Source of the DNA: an archaeon
GTDB taxonomy: Archaea; Aenigmatarchaeota; Aenigmatarchaeia; Aenigmatarchaeales; JACQIB01
DNA: 64,000 nucleotides
Assembly: GCA_035291225.1 (NCBI GenBank)
Contig: DATDSO010000010.1
Location: forward strand, 82,090-146,089
Direction of reading: 5' to 3'
The notes beneath the pieces were generated by a model. The model searched no databases, was not told the origin of the DNA, and saw nothing but the letters and a program-made list of their open reading frames with translations. A program made the position numbers and the translations under genes. Shown here in pieces: positions 26,627 to 36,564 of the stretch (the stretch's first letter is position 1; every line of letters starts with the position of its first letter).

Positions 26627-27184
26627 ATGATTTTTATGGCCAGAAGAAATTTTGATATAATTGATGCCGATCCCGGCAGAATAACTGCATTAACAGGAAG
26701 CGTGTTTCCATACGATTCTGTAAGAGTAGGTGGCAGAAATTATATTCGCTCCGATTTCTCCCGGGAAGAAGATGGGACATGGACTGGTGTTTATAGAGAC
26801 GCCGAATTGGGCGGAGTTGATCCATGGGATGTATGGAATGATGTGTTCACCGCCAATGGCGGCAGTGTTCCTATTTTTCAACATTCTATTGGAGGAAATG
26901 TCCCACCAACAGAATTTGTCAGATTCAGAAGGCCAGAAACTCCTTCTATCCCTTTAGCATATTCTCAGCCACCTCAGAAACAAGAAAGTTATGAATCCCA
27001 AATGAAAAGAATGACTATAGATGTGTTGCCTGAACCGGATATGGTCAGATACGGCGCAGCAACTAGCGCTGGAAGATATGTTCCTGCTTATTTCCCCGGA
27101 ATGGATACGCGCACACCAGAAGGACTTGGATTTCCAGGGAGATTAGTTTTAGCAAGTTCTTTGCCAGGCGGGAAGAAAAAATAA
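26627..27184 (+). CDS. Hypothetical protein (185 aa) of the MA-start small-ORF family.
   Basis: Begins ...ATGGCCAGAAGAAAT. It is Gly/Pro/Asp-rich with no known domain. Confidence 0.4.
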   Translation: MIFMARRNFDIIDADPGRITALTGSVFPYDSVRVGGRNYIRSDFSREEDGTWTGVYRDAELGGVDPWDVWNDVFTANGGSVPIFQHSIGGNVPPTEFVRFRRPETPSIPLAYSQPPQKQESYESQMKRMTIDVLPEPDMVRYGAATSAGRYVPAYFPGMDTRTPEGLGFPGRLVLASSLPGGKKK

Positions 27185-27241
27185 TTCTGCATTGGAATTT
27201 TTTTCGGTTTTTATTTTTAGATTTTTCTAAAAAATTTAAAG

Positions 27242-28394
27242 GTGATAAAAATGATACCACGAATAAACACAACTCAACTTACAAGGGAGCTGATAGGGAT
27301 AAGCTCTGTCAGCGGAAGCGAGACAGCGATAGCGGAATTTATCCTAGAATATTTAGAAGGCCACGGATTTGCTCCCAGATTAGTTGCTGGAAGATTTTCC
27401 GAAAGAGATTGGATTAATGTTGTTTGCGAATCTGGCGCAAGGAATTCCAAAAGAATTGCTTTGAACGCGCATATTGATACTGTTCCTGCTGGCGACGGCT
27501 GGGAAACAAATCCTCTTGAAGCAGTTGAAAGAGGTGGGAAAATATACGGTCGTGGCGCAGCTGACATGAAAGCAGGCTTAGCAGCGCAACTAAACGCTTT
27601 CGTAGAGCTCGGCGATACGTATGATTTGATTTTAACAGCAGTTTCAGATGAGGAAGGAATATCGCGCGGCACAAATGCTCTTGCTGACCAAGGAATTTAC
27701 AATGGCTGCTCTGCTGCGATTTTTTCAGAGCCAAACACTTCAGTCAGAAATGAAAGCGATTATGAAATTAGAATAGGCGGCAGGGGGAGATATGTTTTTG
27801 AAGTTCATGTGAGGACAGCAGGCGGGCATGGGGCAAAGGAAAAGAGAGCAAATGCAATACTGGAGGCTTCAAGATTCCTGAATGAAGTCCATGAATTTGA
27901 AACTGATGAGCATCCTATAATGGGAAGGGCCAGATACAATATAGAATCAATTGGCGGCGGCGCTGGGGGATTCCTCTCAACTCCAAATCATTGTGTTGTT
28001 CAGATCAGCAGGTTCGCTCTTATTGGAGAAAATCTTGAAAGCTGCAAAAAAAGAGCTGGAGGGAATTGTAAGAGAAAGAGTTAGAGATGCGGATGTAAGT
28101 GTTGCTGTTCAGCAAAGAGAAACTCCATTCTGCCAGCCATATCTGAATGATGCAAACAACAGAATTGTGCAGTGCGCCCAGTCTGCTTACAGGAATATTG
28201 GAATTGATCCGCGGCTGACAGCTCCGTCTGTTTATGATATTTCAGTAGTTGGCGGGAGACTTGGAATTCCATCAATAAACATTGGTCCAATCGGTGGAGA
28301 TATACATGCTGCGAATGAATTTGTTTATGCGAGCTCTGTTGGAAATTTCGAAAGGGTTTTGAGAGGAACAATAAGGAGATACCAAGGTGATTGA
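27242..28394 (+). pseudogene. M20-family metallopeptidase (ArgE/DapE-like) interrupted by a +1 frameshift around 27990-28050.
   Basis: The N-terminal part (27242-28084) carries M20 motifs HIDTVP, GRGAADMKAG and DEEG. The C-terminal part continues in a different frame (27951-28394) with ...GPIGGDIHAANEFV. The two ORFs overlap by ~130 nt. Confidence 0.55.
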
Positions 28395-28574
28395 TATACT
28401 CAACCCAAATAACACCATCAGGAGCAGACGGAAACACGATCGGAAGGCTTGTGAATTTTCTATCAGAACTATCGAGAGATTTTCTAATTCACCTGCTGGT
28501 CCTGATAATTTTTCAAAGTCTGAAGTAGGATAAATTTTTCTCAACTTTATAAAATCTCTTTCAGAAGTAGTAGC

Positions 28575-30206
28575 ATGGAAAAAAGTTTATTCTGGGCAGA
28601 CCAGCTCGCGGATGAAGTCGAAGCTCGGGCGAAAAAAGAAAAACTTCCAGCAGTAGTGCGCTGCGGGCAAACACCAAGCGGTGGCAAGCATATTGGAAAC
28701 CTGAACGATGTTGTGCGCGCATATTTTGTTTACAAATCCCTTTTAGAGCGCGGAGTTGAAGCAAAATTTATCCATTCAAGTGATGACCGTGATCCACTGA
28801 AAGACGTTCCTAAAAGAATTGCAGACTTGGAGGGAAACTGGCACGACTCCGCGAAATTCCCAGAGCTGAAAAATTTTCTTGGAAAACCATTGTGCAGAAT
28901 TCCTGACCCGTTCAAATGCTGCAGCTCTTGGTCAGAGCACTTCACAAAAGTCTGGGAAATTGGCTTGAACGCAATTGGAATGAAACCGAAAATTGTTTCC
29001 AATGATGAATACTACAAAGCTGGAAAGTTTGAGCCTTACATAAAAAAATTTTTTGAAAAAATAAAAGCTGCTGGAAAAATCGCAGCGAAATTCCAGCAGA
29101 CAAAATCCGAGGACTACATTCCATTTGACGCAATCTGCCCAAAATGCGGAACGCTCACTAACATTTCTTCCTTTGATTTGAAAACGAAAAAAGTTTTTTT
29201 CACTTGCGGGGGCAAAGCAATAAAGAAAAAAACAGCCGAGGGCTGCGGGTTTGAAGGCTCTGTCCCATGGTCAGAGGGAAAATTGCAGTGGAGGTTTGAA
29301 TGGCCTGCTCAGTGGGCAATTGAGAAAACAACTTTTGAGCCAATGGGAAAAGACCACTGGGAAGGCTCTTGGAAAAGCGGGGAAGTTATCGCGCGCGAAA
29401 TTTTTGAAATTGAGCCGCCGATTCCGTATGTTTATGAATTTTTTCTTGTTGACGGGCAGAAAATGTCCGCGAGCGTTGGGAATGTTATAATAGTTCAGGA
29501 TATTTTGAAAGTCATTGAGCCGGAAATTTTTATTTACTTTTACACAAAAAGGCCAGGAAAGCAAAGGGATTTTTCAATGAAAGAAATTTTCAGGCTTGCT
29601 GATGAGTTTGAGAATGTTGAGAAAAGATATTTTGAGCACGAGAAGATGGAAGATGAACACGAAAAAGCAAATATTGAGCGCTCCTATTTCATGAGCATGG
29701 AAAAAATTCCGAAAAGTTTGCCAGTAAGAATTCCATTTACTTTCGCCAGCATGGTTAGCCAGATTGTTCCAAGCGAAAAAATGCTTGAGAAAGCGCTCGT
29801 GCTTTTGAAATCAACCGGGCATGTTTCTGGAAAAATTTCCGAGGCTGATAAAAAAATAATTTTGCAGAGGCTGGAGCGCGCGAAATTCTGGGCTGAGAAT
29901 TATGCGCCGCCGGAATACAAAATAAAATTGCTGGACGCGCCGGCGGTAGAAATAATTTCAAAATTGAGCACAGGGCAAAAGCTTGCCCTGCATGATTTGG
30001 AAAAGGATTTGCTGAAAAAAACTTTCAAAGAAAAAGAATTGTATGGCCGAGCGATGGAAATTGCAAAAGCCCGCGGGCTTGATGCAAAAGAATTTTTCTC
30101 TGCCGCTTACTTGGTTCTTTTGGGAAGAGAGCAGGGCCCGAGGCTCGCGCAGTTTATTTTGGCTGTTGGGCAGGAAGAGGTTGCGAAGAGGATTGAGAAA
30201 CTTTAG
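28575..30206 (+). CDS. lysK: Class I lysyl-tRNA synthetase.
   Basis: HIGN (HIGH motif) and KMSAS (KMSKS motif) are present. The Zn-binding CPKCG...C is present. Size 543 aa. Confidence 0.9.
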   Translation: MEKSLFWADQLADEVEARAKKEKLPAVVRCGQTPSGGKHIGNLNDVVRAYFVYKSLLERGVEAKFIHSSDDRDPLKDVPKRIADLEGNWHDSAKFPELKNFLGKPLCRIPDPFKCCSSWSEHFTKVWEIGLNAIGMKPKIVSNDEYYKAGKFEPYIKKFFEKIKAAGKIAAKFQQTKSEDYIPFDAICPKCGTLTNISSFDLKTKKVFFTCGGKAIKKKTAEGCGFEGSVPWSEGKLQWRFEWPAQWAIEKTTFEPMGKDHWEGSWKSGEVIAREIFEIEPPIPYVYEFFLVDGQKMSASVGNVIIVQDILKVIEPEIFIYFYTKRPGKQRDFSMKEIFRLADEFENVEKRYFEHEKMEDEHEKANIERSYFMSMEKIPKSLPVRIPFTFASMVSQIVPSEKMLEKALVLLKSTGHVSGKISEADKKIILQRLERAKFWAENYAPPEYKIKLLDAPAVEIISKLSTGQKLALHDLEKDLLKKTFKEKELYGRAMEIAKARGLDAKEFFSAAYLVLLGREQGPRLAQFILAVGQEEVAKRIEKL

Positions 30207-30210
30207 AATT

Positions 30211-30564
30211 TTATTCAACCAAAATTTCATCTTCTTCAGACCAAGGCGGATTGCAAGCAACCAATATCTCCGCGTCTTCTTTGCTGGTTTTCCATGCCTT
30301 ATGATTTGTATTTGGAAAAATCATTATCATCTGACCGTTTTTCAGATGTTCAATTTTCTGGTCAATCTCCACATCTATTGAGCCTTTTAACACATAATAA
30401 ACTTCTGTAAGTTTTCTGTGATAATGTTTTTTTGTAGAATCTTTTATTGTGATATGAACAAAATCCATTCCCAAAAAATCTTTAGAATCTGTCAGCTTTC
30501 TCATTACACCACATGAAATTTTCTTTGGTTCCGCGGCTTTGATATCTCTTGTTATATGTGGCAT
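30211..30564 (-). CDS. Cupin-domain protein.
   Basis: Two-His cupin motif HYHRK...YYVLKG and the segment GQMIMIFPNTNHKAWK. Confidence 0.55.
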   Translation of the reverse strand: MPHITRDIKAAEPKKISCGVMRKLTDSKDFLGMDFVHITIKDSTKKHYHRKLTEVYYVLKGSIDVEIDQKIEHLKNGQMIMIFPNTNHKAWKTSKEDAEILVACNPPWSEEDEILVE

Positions 30565-30566
30565 AA

Positions 30567-31301
30567 CTACTTCCCAAACCTTCTCTCCCTCTTCTGAAAA
30601 TCCTCAATCGCTGCAAAAAAATCTTCCTTTGTCAATTCAGGCCATGCTTTTTCAAGAAAAGCAAATTCGCTGTAAGCAGACTGCCACAAAAGAAAATTGG
30701 AAATTCTGCGCTCGCCGCCAGTTCGTATAATCAAATCAGGATATGGCTGGCCGTTTGTGTAAAGAGTGTGGCGGACTAAATCCTCTGTAATAATTTTCGG
30801 ATCAATTAATCCCTCGGAAACCTGCTTCGCAATTTTTACCACAGCATCAGTAATCTCTTCCTGACCGCCGTAGGCAATTGCAAAATTCAAAAAGAATTTG
30901 CTGTAATTTTTTGTTGCTTCTTCGGCTGCGCGAATTGCTTTCTGGACTTTTTCAGGAAGCATCCAGATGCGGCCGATGACTTTTATATTTATTTCATTTT
31001 CAATCATATCTTTATTTTCTCCGCGTGCAATTTCCAGAAAATTTCTTTCCATTAGATCCATAATAAAATCAAACTCCTCTTTCGGGCGGCCGAAATTCTG
31101 TATCGAAAAAGAATAGAAAGTCGCGCGCTTTATCCCAAGCTCTTTGCACCACTCGCAGAACTCGCGGACTTTTTTCGCGCCCCACTCATGTCCTTTCCAC
31201 GGCTGGAGCATTAATCTCTTTGCGAAGCGGCGGTTGCCATCCATTATAATTCCAATATGCTCGGGAATTTTTCCTGCGGATAAATCTGTCATAAAGCTCA
31301 T
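30567..31301 (-). CDS. uppS: Cis-prenyltransferase (undecaprenyl/dehydrodolichyl diphosphate synthase).
   Basis: The motif HIGIIMDGNRRFAK and a C-terminal RTGGERRISNFLLWQ. Confidence 0.85.
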   Translation of the reverse strand: MSFMTDLSAGKIPEHIGIIMDGNRRFAKRLMLQPWKGHEWGAKKVREFCEWCKELGIKRATFYSFSIQNFGRPKEEFDFIMDLMERNFLEIARGENKDMIENEINIKVIGRIWMLPEKVQKAIRAAEEATKNYSKFFLNFAIAYGGQEEITDAVVKIAKQVSEGLIDPKIITEDLVRHTLYTNGQPYPDLIIRTGGERRISNFLLWQSAYSEFAFLEKAWPELTKEDFFAAIEDFQKRERRFGK

Positions 31302-31337
31302 GCAGGCTTCGAAATCAATATTTAAAAAGTTTCCATA

Positions 31338-33434
31338 TCAGGCGTTCGTTTCTTGTTCCTCTTCTTCAGAATCTTGTTCTTCGTACACCTCGCTTACGCT
31401 GCCGAGTATTGTTCCGAATACATCTGTTGGATCTTTAATTGTTTTTATCTGCCCACCGCTTTCCTCAATCAGTTGAGTGAGTGCATTTTTTGCAGGATAT
31501 TTAACTATATGCAAAAGCGCAAGTTTGTTTCCGCGAGAAGTTGCTGTGCGTATAAACTCATTTGTTTCCTCGCTGATTTGGGAATTAAGTTCATCGATTT
31601 CGGCATCGGTTATCAAAACAGTAAAAACTGGATCTTTGTTTTTCTTGAGGATTTGTGTCATTGTTCCAGAAGGCAGAATTGTTCCTCCATTGGCTTCCTC
31701 TTTTGCCAAAAACACATTTTCGGCGCGCATGTAATTGGTTGTCCATTCTGTGTGCAGTTCTTCTGGGTATGGATCTGCATACGTTGCGCTGAAGTCAAGA
31801 GCGGCAACTCTTGCTCCGTGCTTTCCAGCTAAATCAAGAGCAGCAAAGGCTCCGACATTAGCTGACTCGTATTTTTTATCAAAAGCCATACTTCCAGAAG
31901 AGTCTCTGATGATAAGCAGATCAGGCCTTGCTACATAAACTTTGTGGCCTTTTCTAACCATCCTTGTTCTTTCTTTTAGCGTTGTTCTTCCCGGAATCAT
32001 TTCTGGAGAAATTGAAAGGGATTTCTGCACATCCAACTCTTCAACAGAGTCCCCGATATTCCACTTGCCAAAATATGTTCTTCTCGGTCTCCCTCTTCCT
32101 TTCTGAGTGGGCTTAACTTCCATCAAGTTTGCCGCTTTAACCCTGTACCAATATCTTTTTAATTCTCCCTCTTGAATGCCGGCTGCGCTCATAACTACTT
32201 TAAAATTTTCATAATTATTTTCATTTCTGCTGAAAGCTTCGGAAGCGTAAGCAGCCTGCTCTTCCTCGCTCATTTGCGGCGTGGTGCCTACCATGGCTCT
32301 TATATCAATCGGCAAACCTGCTTTGTTGGGGTATTCTTTTTTATCAGAGCATTTGCAGCCCGCGCCCTCTCCTTCTTTTTTCTCCTCTTGTTTTGATTTT
32401 CTTTGCGGCCTTCCTTGACCTCTGCCTTCAACAGGAATTGAAGGCGGCGCATATCTCCTTCCTTCCTGATCTTTAGATTTTTCATCTCCTTTTAACTTCT
32501 TTAAAATTCTTTTAATTATTTCACCTCTTCCGAAACCCGGCTCTTTCTCTTCTTGCTCTTTTCCTGGGCTTCCTCCCTGACCGCCGCTACCATCAACAGG
32601 CAGCCCCATATTTCCTTTCATACTTTGGTCTTGTTTCATTTGCTGGTTTTGTAATCTTTGCTGCTCTCTTAAAGCATCTTTTCTCATCACAGGCCCAATA
32701 ACTTTAGAGAACTCGCCGATCTTATCGTACCAGAGGCCCGAATCCCTATAATCTTTTCCAAGAACTTCTGCAACTCTTTCCGCTGCTTCTACTTCATGCC
32801 TGCTTAATCCTAAAGCTTCAACACCAAGATCAGTGTTCCACATTGATTCGTATGCTTTGTGAAATATTTTTACTGACTGGGATGCTTCCCCTTCCAATTT
32901 TTTATCCACGAGATTTTTAACATATTTCATGAATTCCCTTCGCCACCATTCCACAGTCTGGGAATTTGTTTTCTTTCCATAGCCATCTCTTCTCCAAGTG
33001 TCAATTACTATATCTCCGAATAGATTTACAATATTGTTTGCGTAATCAGGGACATGATCTCGTGGTATATTTTCTCCTGCCAATGATTTTGAAACAGCAT
33101 CAACCATTGCTGCCCTAGTTCTAATATCAAATGGAAAAATCTTGTAGTGAGTAATTTCATGCTCTGCACACTGCTGAAAATAATCTTCCTTCTCCCTTTC
33201 TGTCAAGCTGTCAGGTATTGCTGCTGCATTTAAATGCGGCCTCGCGCCTTCGTGCCATTCCAAACAAAAGGGGGACGGATCAGCAGGATCATAAATTATT
33301 TCAGGATCCGGAAGCTCGTTGCATGCTCTCATATTCCAACAGGCTCTATTGTAAACGCCTCCCCATCTTTGAAGATCAGCAGGGCTTTGAGGCTTTGCCT
33401 CTCTATCGCTTGCATCGGAGTTGTGTTCTGTCAT
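31338..33434 (-). CDS. Large vWA (MIDAS) domain protein, the MoxR partner. It has an N-terminal domain with HExxH, a low-complexity linker and an acidic tail.
   Basis: The C-terminal vWA carries the MIDAS motif DSSGSM and a downstream TDAEID. The N-terminus carries AEHEITHY. A Gln/Gly/Lys/Glu-rich linker is present. The C-terminal tail reads EEQDSEEEEQETNA. Confidence 0.75.
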   Translation of the reverse strand: MTEHNSDASDREAKPQSPADLQRWGGVYNRACWNMRACNELPDPEIIYDPADPSPFCLEWHEGARPHLNAAAIPDSLTEREKEDYFQQCAEHEITHYKIFPFDIRTRAAMVDAVSKSLAGENIPRDHVPDYANNIVNLFGDIVIDTWRRDGYGKKTNSQTVEWWRREFMKYVKNLVDKKLEGEASQSVKIFHKAYESMWNTDLGVEALGLSRHEVEAAERVAEVLGKDYRDSGLWYDKIGEFSKVIGPVMRKDALREQQRLQNQQMKQDQSMKGNMGLPVDGSGGQGGSPGKEQEEKEPGFGRGEIIKRILKKLKGDEKSKDQEGRRYAPPSIPVEGRGQGRPQRKSKQEEKKEGEGAGCKCSDKKEYPNKAGLPIDIRAMVGTTPQMSEEEQAAYASEAFSRNENNYENFKVVMSAAGIQEGELKRYWYRVKAANLMEVKPTQKGRGRPRRTYFGKWNIGDSVEELDVQKSLSISPEMIPGRTTLKERTRMVRKGHKVYVARPDLLIIRDSSGSMAFDKKYESANVGAFAALDLAGKHGARVAALDFSATYADPYPEELHTEWTTNYMRAENVFLAKEEANGGTILPSGTMTQILKKNKDPVFTVLITDAEIDELNSQISEETNEFIRTATSRGNKLALLHIVKYPAKNALTQLIEESGGQIKTIKDPTDVFGTILGSVSEVYEEQDSEEEEQETNA

Positions 33435-33448
33435 TATCTCACCATAAA

Positions 33449-34228
33449 TTAAGGTTTGGTTCCTTTGTAGGTAGCAAAAACTTCATGAAATTTTTTCAAA
33501 ATTGACACAACGGTTTTAATCCCATATTTTTGTGCTGTTTTTCCAATAGAATCAAGCGGCGGAAGCTGCCTTAGCAAATGATTACCCCATTGATTATATT
33601 CCAATTCAGTGGGCGCTTCTATTTTTTTGTCTTCCAACGCATCCACTAAAACAGCCGTCATAATGGGGCGCATATCTTTGGGCATAAGCAGCGCAATCAT
33701 GTAAGGGTGGGCCACTTTTGCTCGCTTTTGTTTGACATCGGTATCTTCATTATAATTCTGCCCCGGCACATTTACATCAGTAACTTTACTCCCTTCTAAA
33801 AAATATTCCGGGAACAAAATTTTTAGATTTTCCAAATCAACAACTTCTCCAACATCTGCCACATCTGTTTCCAGCAAATATGGATTTATTCTTTTTAACA
33901 ATGAATGCCAAACAGGTCTTTTTAGCTCTACTTTCGAATTAAATCTGTTAACTCGCCTTTCTCCCGTATCAAAGTTCGGAACTAATGTTATGCAGTGCGG
34001 TCCAGCATATCTGATAAACAAATTGTCATGTCCATAAATTTTGCATAAATATTCTCCAAGAACTTTTTCCATTTGCTCAATCAATTGCGGCGGAGTTCCA
34101 TCGCCAGAAGGCGGGGCTTTCTCCGCATCCTTTAGGCTCCCGTCTCTTGGAGACACTGGCTGAGAGCCATGCCTTCTCTCAAGTGCTTCCTTTATTGATG
34201 GGCTGGATGGTTCTGCCATAAAAATCAA
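33449..34228 (-). CDS. Hypothetical protein, paralog B of a tandem pair in the MoxR-vWA operon.
   Basis: Shares the N-terminal PSSPSIKEALERRHGSQPVSPRDGS and colinear blocks (NPYLLETDVADV.., AHPYMIAL) with the upstream gene. Confidence 0.6.
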   Translation of the reverse strand: MIFMAEPSSPSIKEALERRHGSQPVSPRDGSLKDAEKAPPSGDGTPPQLIEQMEKVLGEYLCKIYGHDNLFIRYAGPHCITLVPNFDTGERRVNRFNSKVELKRPVWHSLLKRINPYLLETDVADVGEVVDLENLKILFPEYFLEGSKVTDVNVPGQNYNEDTDVKQKRAKVAHPYMIALLMPKDMRPIMTAVLVDALEDKKIEAPTELEYNQWGNHLLRQLPPLDSIGKTAQKYGIKTVVSILKKFHEVFATYKGTKP

Positions 34229-35037
34229 TTTCTGCCTCTGTAAAGATTTGCAACATCAACAACTGCTTTTATTATGGGCTTCAAATCTTTCACTCCGTAT
34301 TCTTCTGCTACTTTAGCAAAACATTCTAAAGGCGGAACAGAGCCCCAAAGACAGCTTGCAACTCTCCCCATTTTAACCTCCGTTGGAACAATAACCATTT
34401 TATTTTTTATTGCGAGGGTTATCACAGCTGTTACATATGGCCTGACATCAGGCACTACAGATAACGCAAGCATATATGGATTTGCCAGTTTAGCTCGTCT
34501 GATATTTTCAGCTTCATTATTATAATCATTATCAACGAATGTCTCTCTAAAAGTTTCCAAAGCAGGAATTTCAGGTAACATATCCTTCAAAGCTTCCAAG
34601 CTAACAGCTTCTTCAACCTGAGCCAGATCTGTTTCCAGAAGATATGGAGATTTTTTTCTCAAAATAGAACGCCACATCTGCCTGCTCACACTGTCAGCTA
34701 ATCTTGGCTTAAAGCTACTTAAATTAGAATTTTGAAATACTGGCTCAACGAAAAGCAAGTAAGGCCCCATCCCTTTTAATGAAAAATGGTCATTTTCATA
34801 AATTTTATGAAGGCAGTCTCCCAACACCACTTCCATTTCTTCGAGAAGTTCTATCGGTATTTCACCTGTATGCGCAGAAAATTTTTTTCCGGCCTTTTCG
34901 CTTTCACTGCTATCTGAACCGCTCCCGTCTCTTGGGGATACTGGCTGAGAGCCATGCCTGCGTTCAAGAGCCTCTTTAATTGATGGGCTTGATGGAGGAC
35001 TTGGAGGTCCGCTTTCCATTTTATCACCTCTGTCCAC
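34225..35037 (-). CDS. Hypothetical protein, paralog A of the tandem pair. The true start may be the internal MESGPPS.
   Basis: The same N-terminal 23-aa motif and colinear blocks (SPYLLETDLAQV.., ANPYMLAL). It overlaps the stop of the MoxR gene. Confidence 0.6.
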   Translation of the reverse strand: MDRGDKMESGPPSPPSSPSIKEALERRHGSQPVSPRDGSGSDSSESEKAGKKFSAHTGEIPIELLEEMEVVLGDCLHKIYENDHFSLKGMGPYLLFVEPVFQNSNLSSFKPRLADSVSRQMWRSILRKKSPYLLETDLAQVEEAVSLEALKDMLPEIPALETFRETFVDNDYNNEAENIRRAKLANPYMLALSVVPDVRPYVTAVITLAIKNKMVIVPTEVKMGRVASCLWGSVPPLECFAKVAEEYGVKDLKPIIKAVVDVANLYRGRN

Positions 35038-36502
35038 TGCCGGGGTTTCTAAGTCTCTCGCGTATTAACGCCCTAAGTTGGTTTTGCGCACCCAGAGGCA
35101 AAGAACGGTATTCAGGTCTTCTCAAGTCTAACATCATTGTTGCAAGCTCTTGCGGATTTTTCATGCCGCCGATGCGGCCAACATTGTCTCTGTAAAGAGC
35201 ACTGTCCATTCCTTCAACAAAAGGAACCATATCTAATTTCACAATCAAGTCATCAAACTGTTGAAGCTTTTGGACATCTGAAGAATTTCCTTTGCCTTCC
35301 AGCAGAGTAAGGTAAATTTTTTCTGCTTCCAGTCTCTGATCCAACTTTCTCATGGAAATTTTCCAAGCGTCTCCAACCATTTCCATGAGGTTTCCATTAT
35401 AAGGGTCTTTCATCAAAATTTGATCATTGGGTTTTATTCTATGATATAAAGCATACGGGGCCATAGCTCCAGCAACCTCTACTGAAACCGAAGGCTGATC
35501 CAAAAGCCATGCAACTCTTTTTGCAACTTTGCTCCATCTTTCATGAGTTCTTGTGGAAATGTGGGCATCGGTCATCTGGCATGGATTTTTTATTCCAACC
35601 GCAGAAACTTTTATGTCAGTAGCATAGTGGCATTTGTTGCACAAACCTTCGGATGGTTTTCCCCTTCCTTTAGCTTTATCACCGTCGGCTTTTATGCAAA
35701 GCGATAATTCTTTTTCAAAGTAAGTCATCTGCAACATGGCATCCGAGTCAATCGGAATTTTATCTGCTTCTTTTGTTGCTTCTGTCAAATCTTCAAATGT
35801 CGTAATTTGCTCTAATCCTCTGCCATGAAGAGAAACATCTTTTCTGCCTGCAATCTCAGCCAAGTCTGCCATAGAAGCTGGCTCAACAGGGCAAGATAAA
35901 ACGAAACGGTCGTACATAGCTGGGTCAACTTCAAATGTTCCTTCTCCAAAAGGATTTATGGTTCCAAAAACTCTTTGATCGGGAACAACGAAAGCCGCGT
36001 CTGCATATTTCCAAACGCCCTCTTCTATACCTGCGAAAAACATATTCATAACTTCCGGAGAGGCTCTGTTGAACTCATCTGCCACCTTCCACCTTCCAAG
36101 CGTCCATTTTCTGGGCACAGGAACTTCTTGAGGATTATTTCTGTCCAATAATTTTGCCATGTCTGGGCGAGCGACTATTTTTTCTTCTGTTTGCTCTGGG
36201 TGAAGCCTAAGAACATTAGTTTCAATTTCTGATTCAGGTATGCCTGCAAGCATTACACCCAATGCTTTTGCTAGAGAAGTTTTTCCGTCTCCATGTCCAC
36301 CCACATATAGAATTGTGCCACCCGGTGTTATTGCTGTTGCGATTCCTAAAAATGCCGCCGCCTCATAAGATTCTCTCTGTTTTACACCACCCCGATCCAC
36401 GACAACACGAAAAGGATCGGAGCTATTCAGATAAATAAGCCTGTCTCCCAATGTGTAATAGGCGCTCATTAATTTATCTCTAAGCTTCTCTGGATTAGCC
36501 AT
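35024..36502 (-). CDS. MoxR-family AAA+ ATPase with an extended Cys-containing C-terminal region.
   Basis: Walker A GGHGDGKT. The MoxR-specific Walker B region VADEFNRASPEV. Sensor-1 region FGTINPFGEGTFEVDPAMYDRF. A promoter-like AAGCTTTATATA lies ~35 nt upstream on the minus strand. Confidence 0.8.
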   Translation of the reverse strand: MANPEKLRDKLMSAYYTLGDRLIYLNSSDPFRVVVDRGGVKQRESYEAAAFLGIATAITPGGTILYVGGHGDGKTSLAKALGVMLAGIPESEIETNVLRLHPEQTEEKIVARPDMAKLLDRNNPQEVPVPRKWTLGRWKVADEFNRASPEVMNMFFAGIEEGVWKYADAAFVVPDQRVFGTINPFGEGTFEVDPAMYDRFVLSCPVEPASMADLAEIAGRKDVSLHGRGLEQITTFEDLTEATKEADKIPIDSDAMLQMTYFEKELSLCIKADGDKAKGRGKPSEGLCNKCHYATDIKVSAVGIKNPCQMTDAHISTRTHERWSKVAKRVAWLLDQPSVSVEVAGAMAPYALYHRIKPNDQILMKDPYNGNLMEMVGDAWKISMRKLDQRLEAEKIYLTLLEGKGNSSDVQKLQQFDDLIVKLDMVPFVEGMDSALYRDNVGRIGGMKNPQELATMMLDLRRPEYRSLPLGAQNQLRALIRERLRNPGSGQR

Positions 36503-36564
36503 AAAACCACATACTCCTTAATAGAATATACCACCTATTAGTATATAAAGCTTGTGGTAAGCTG

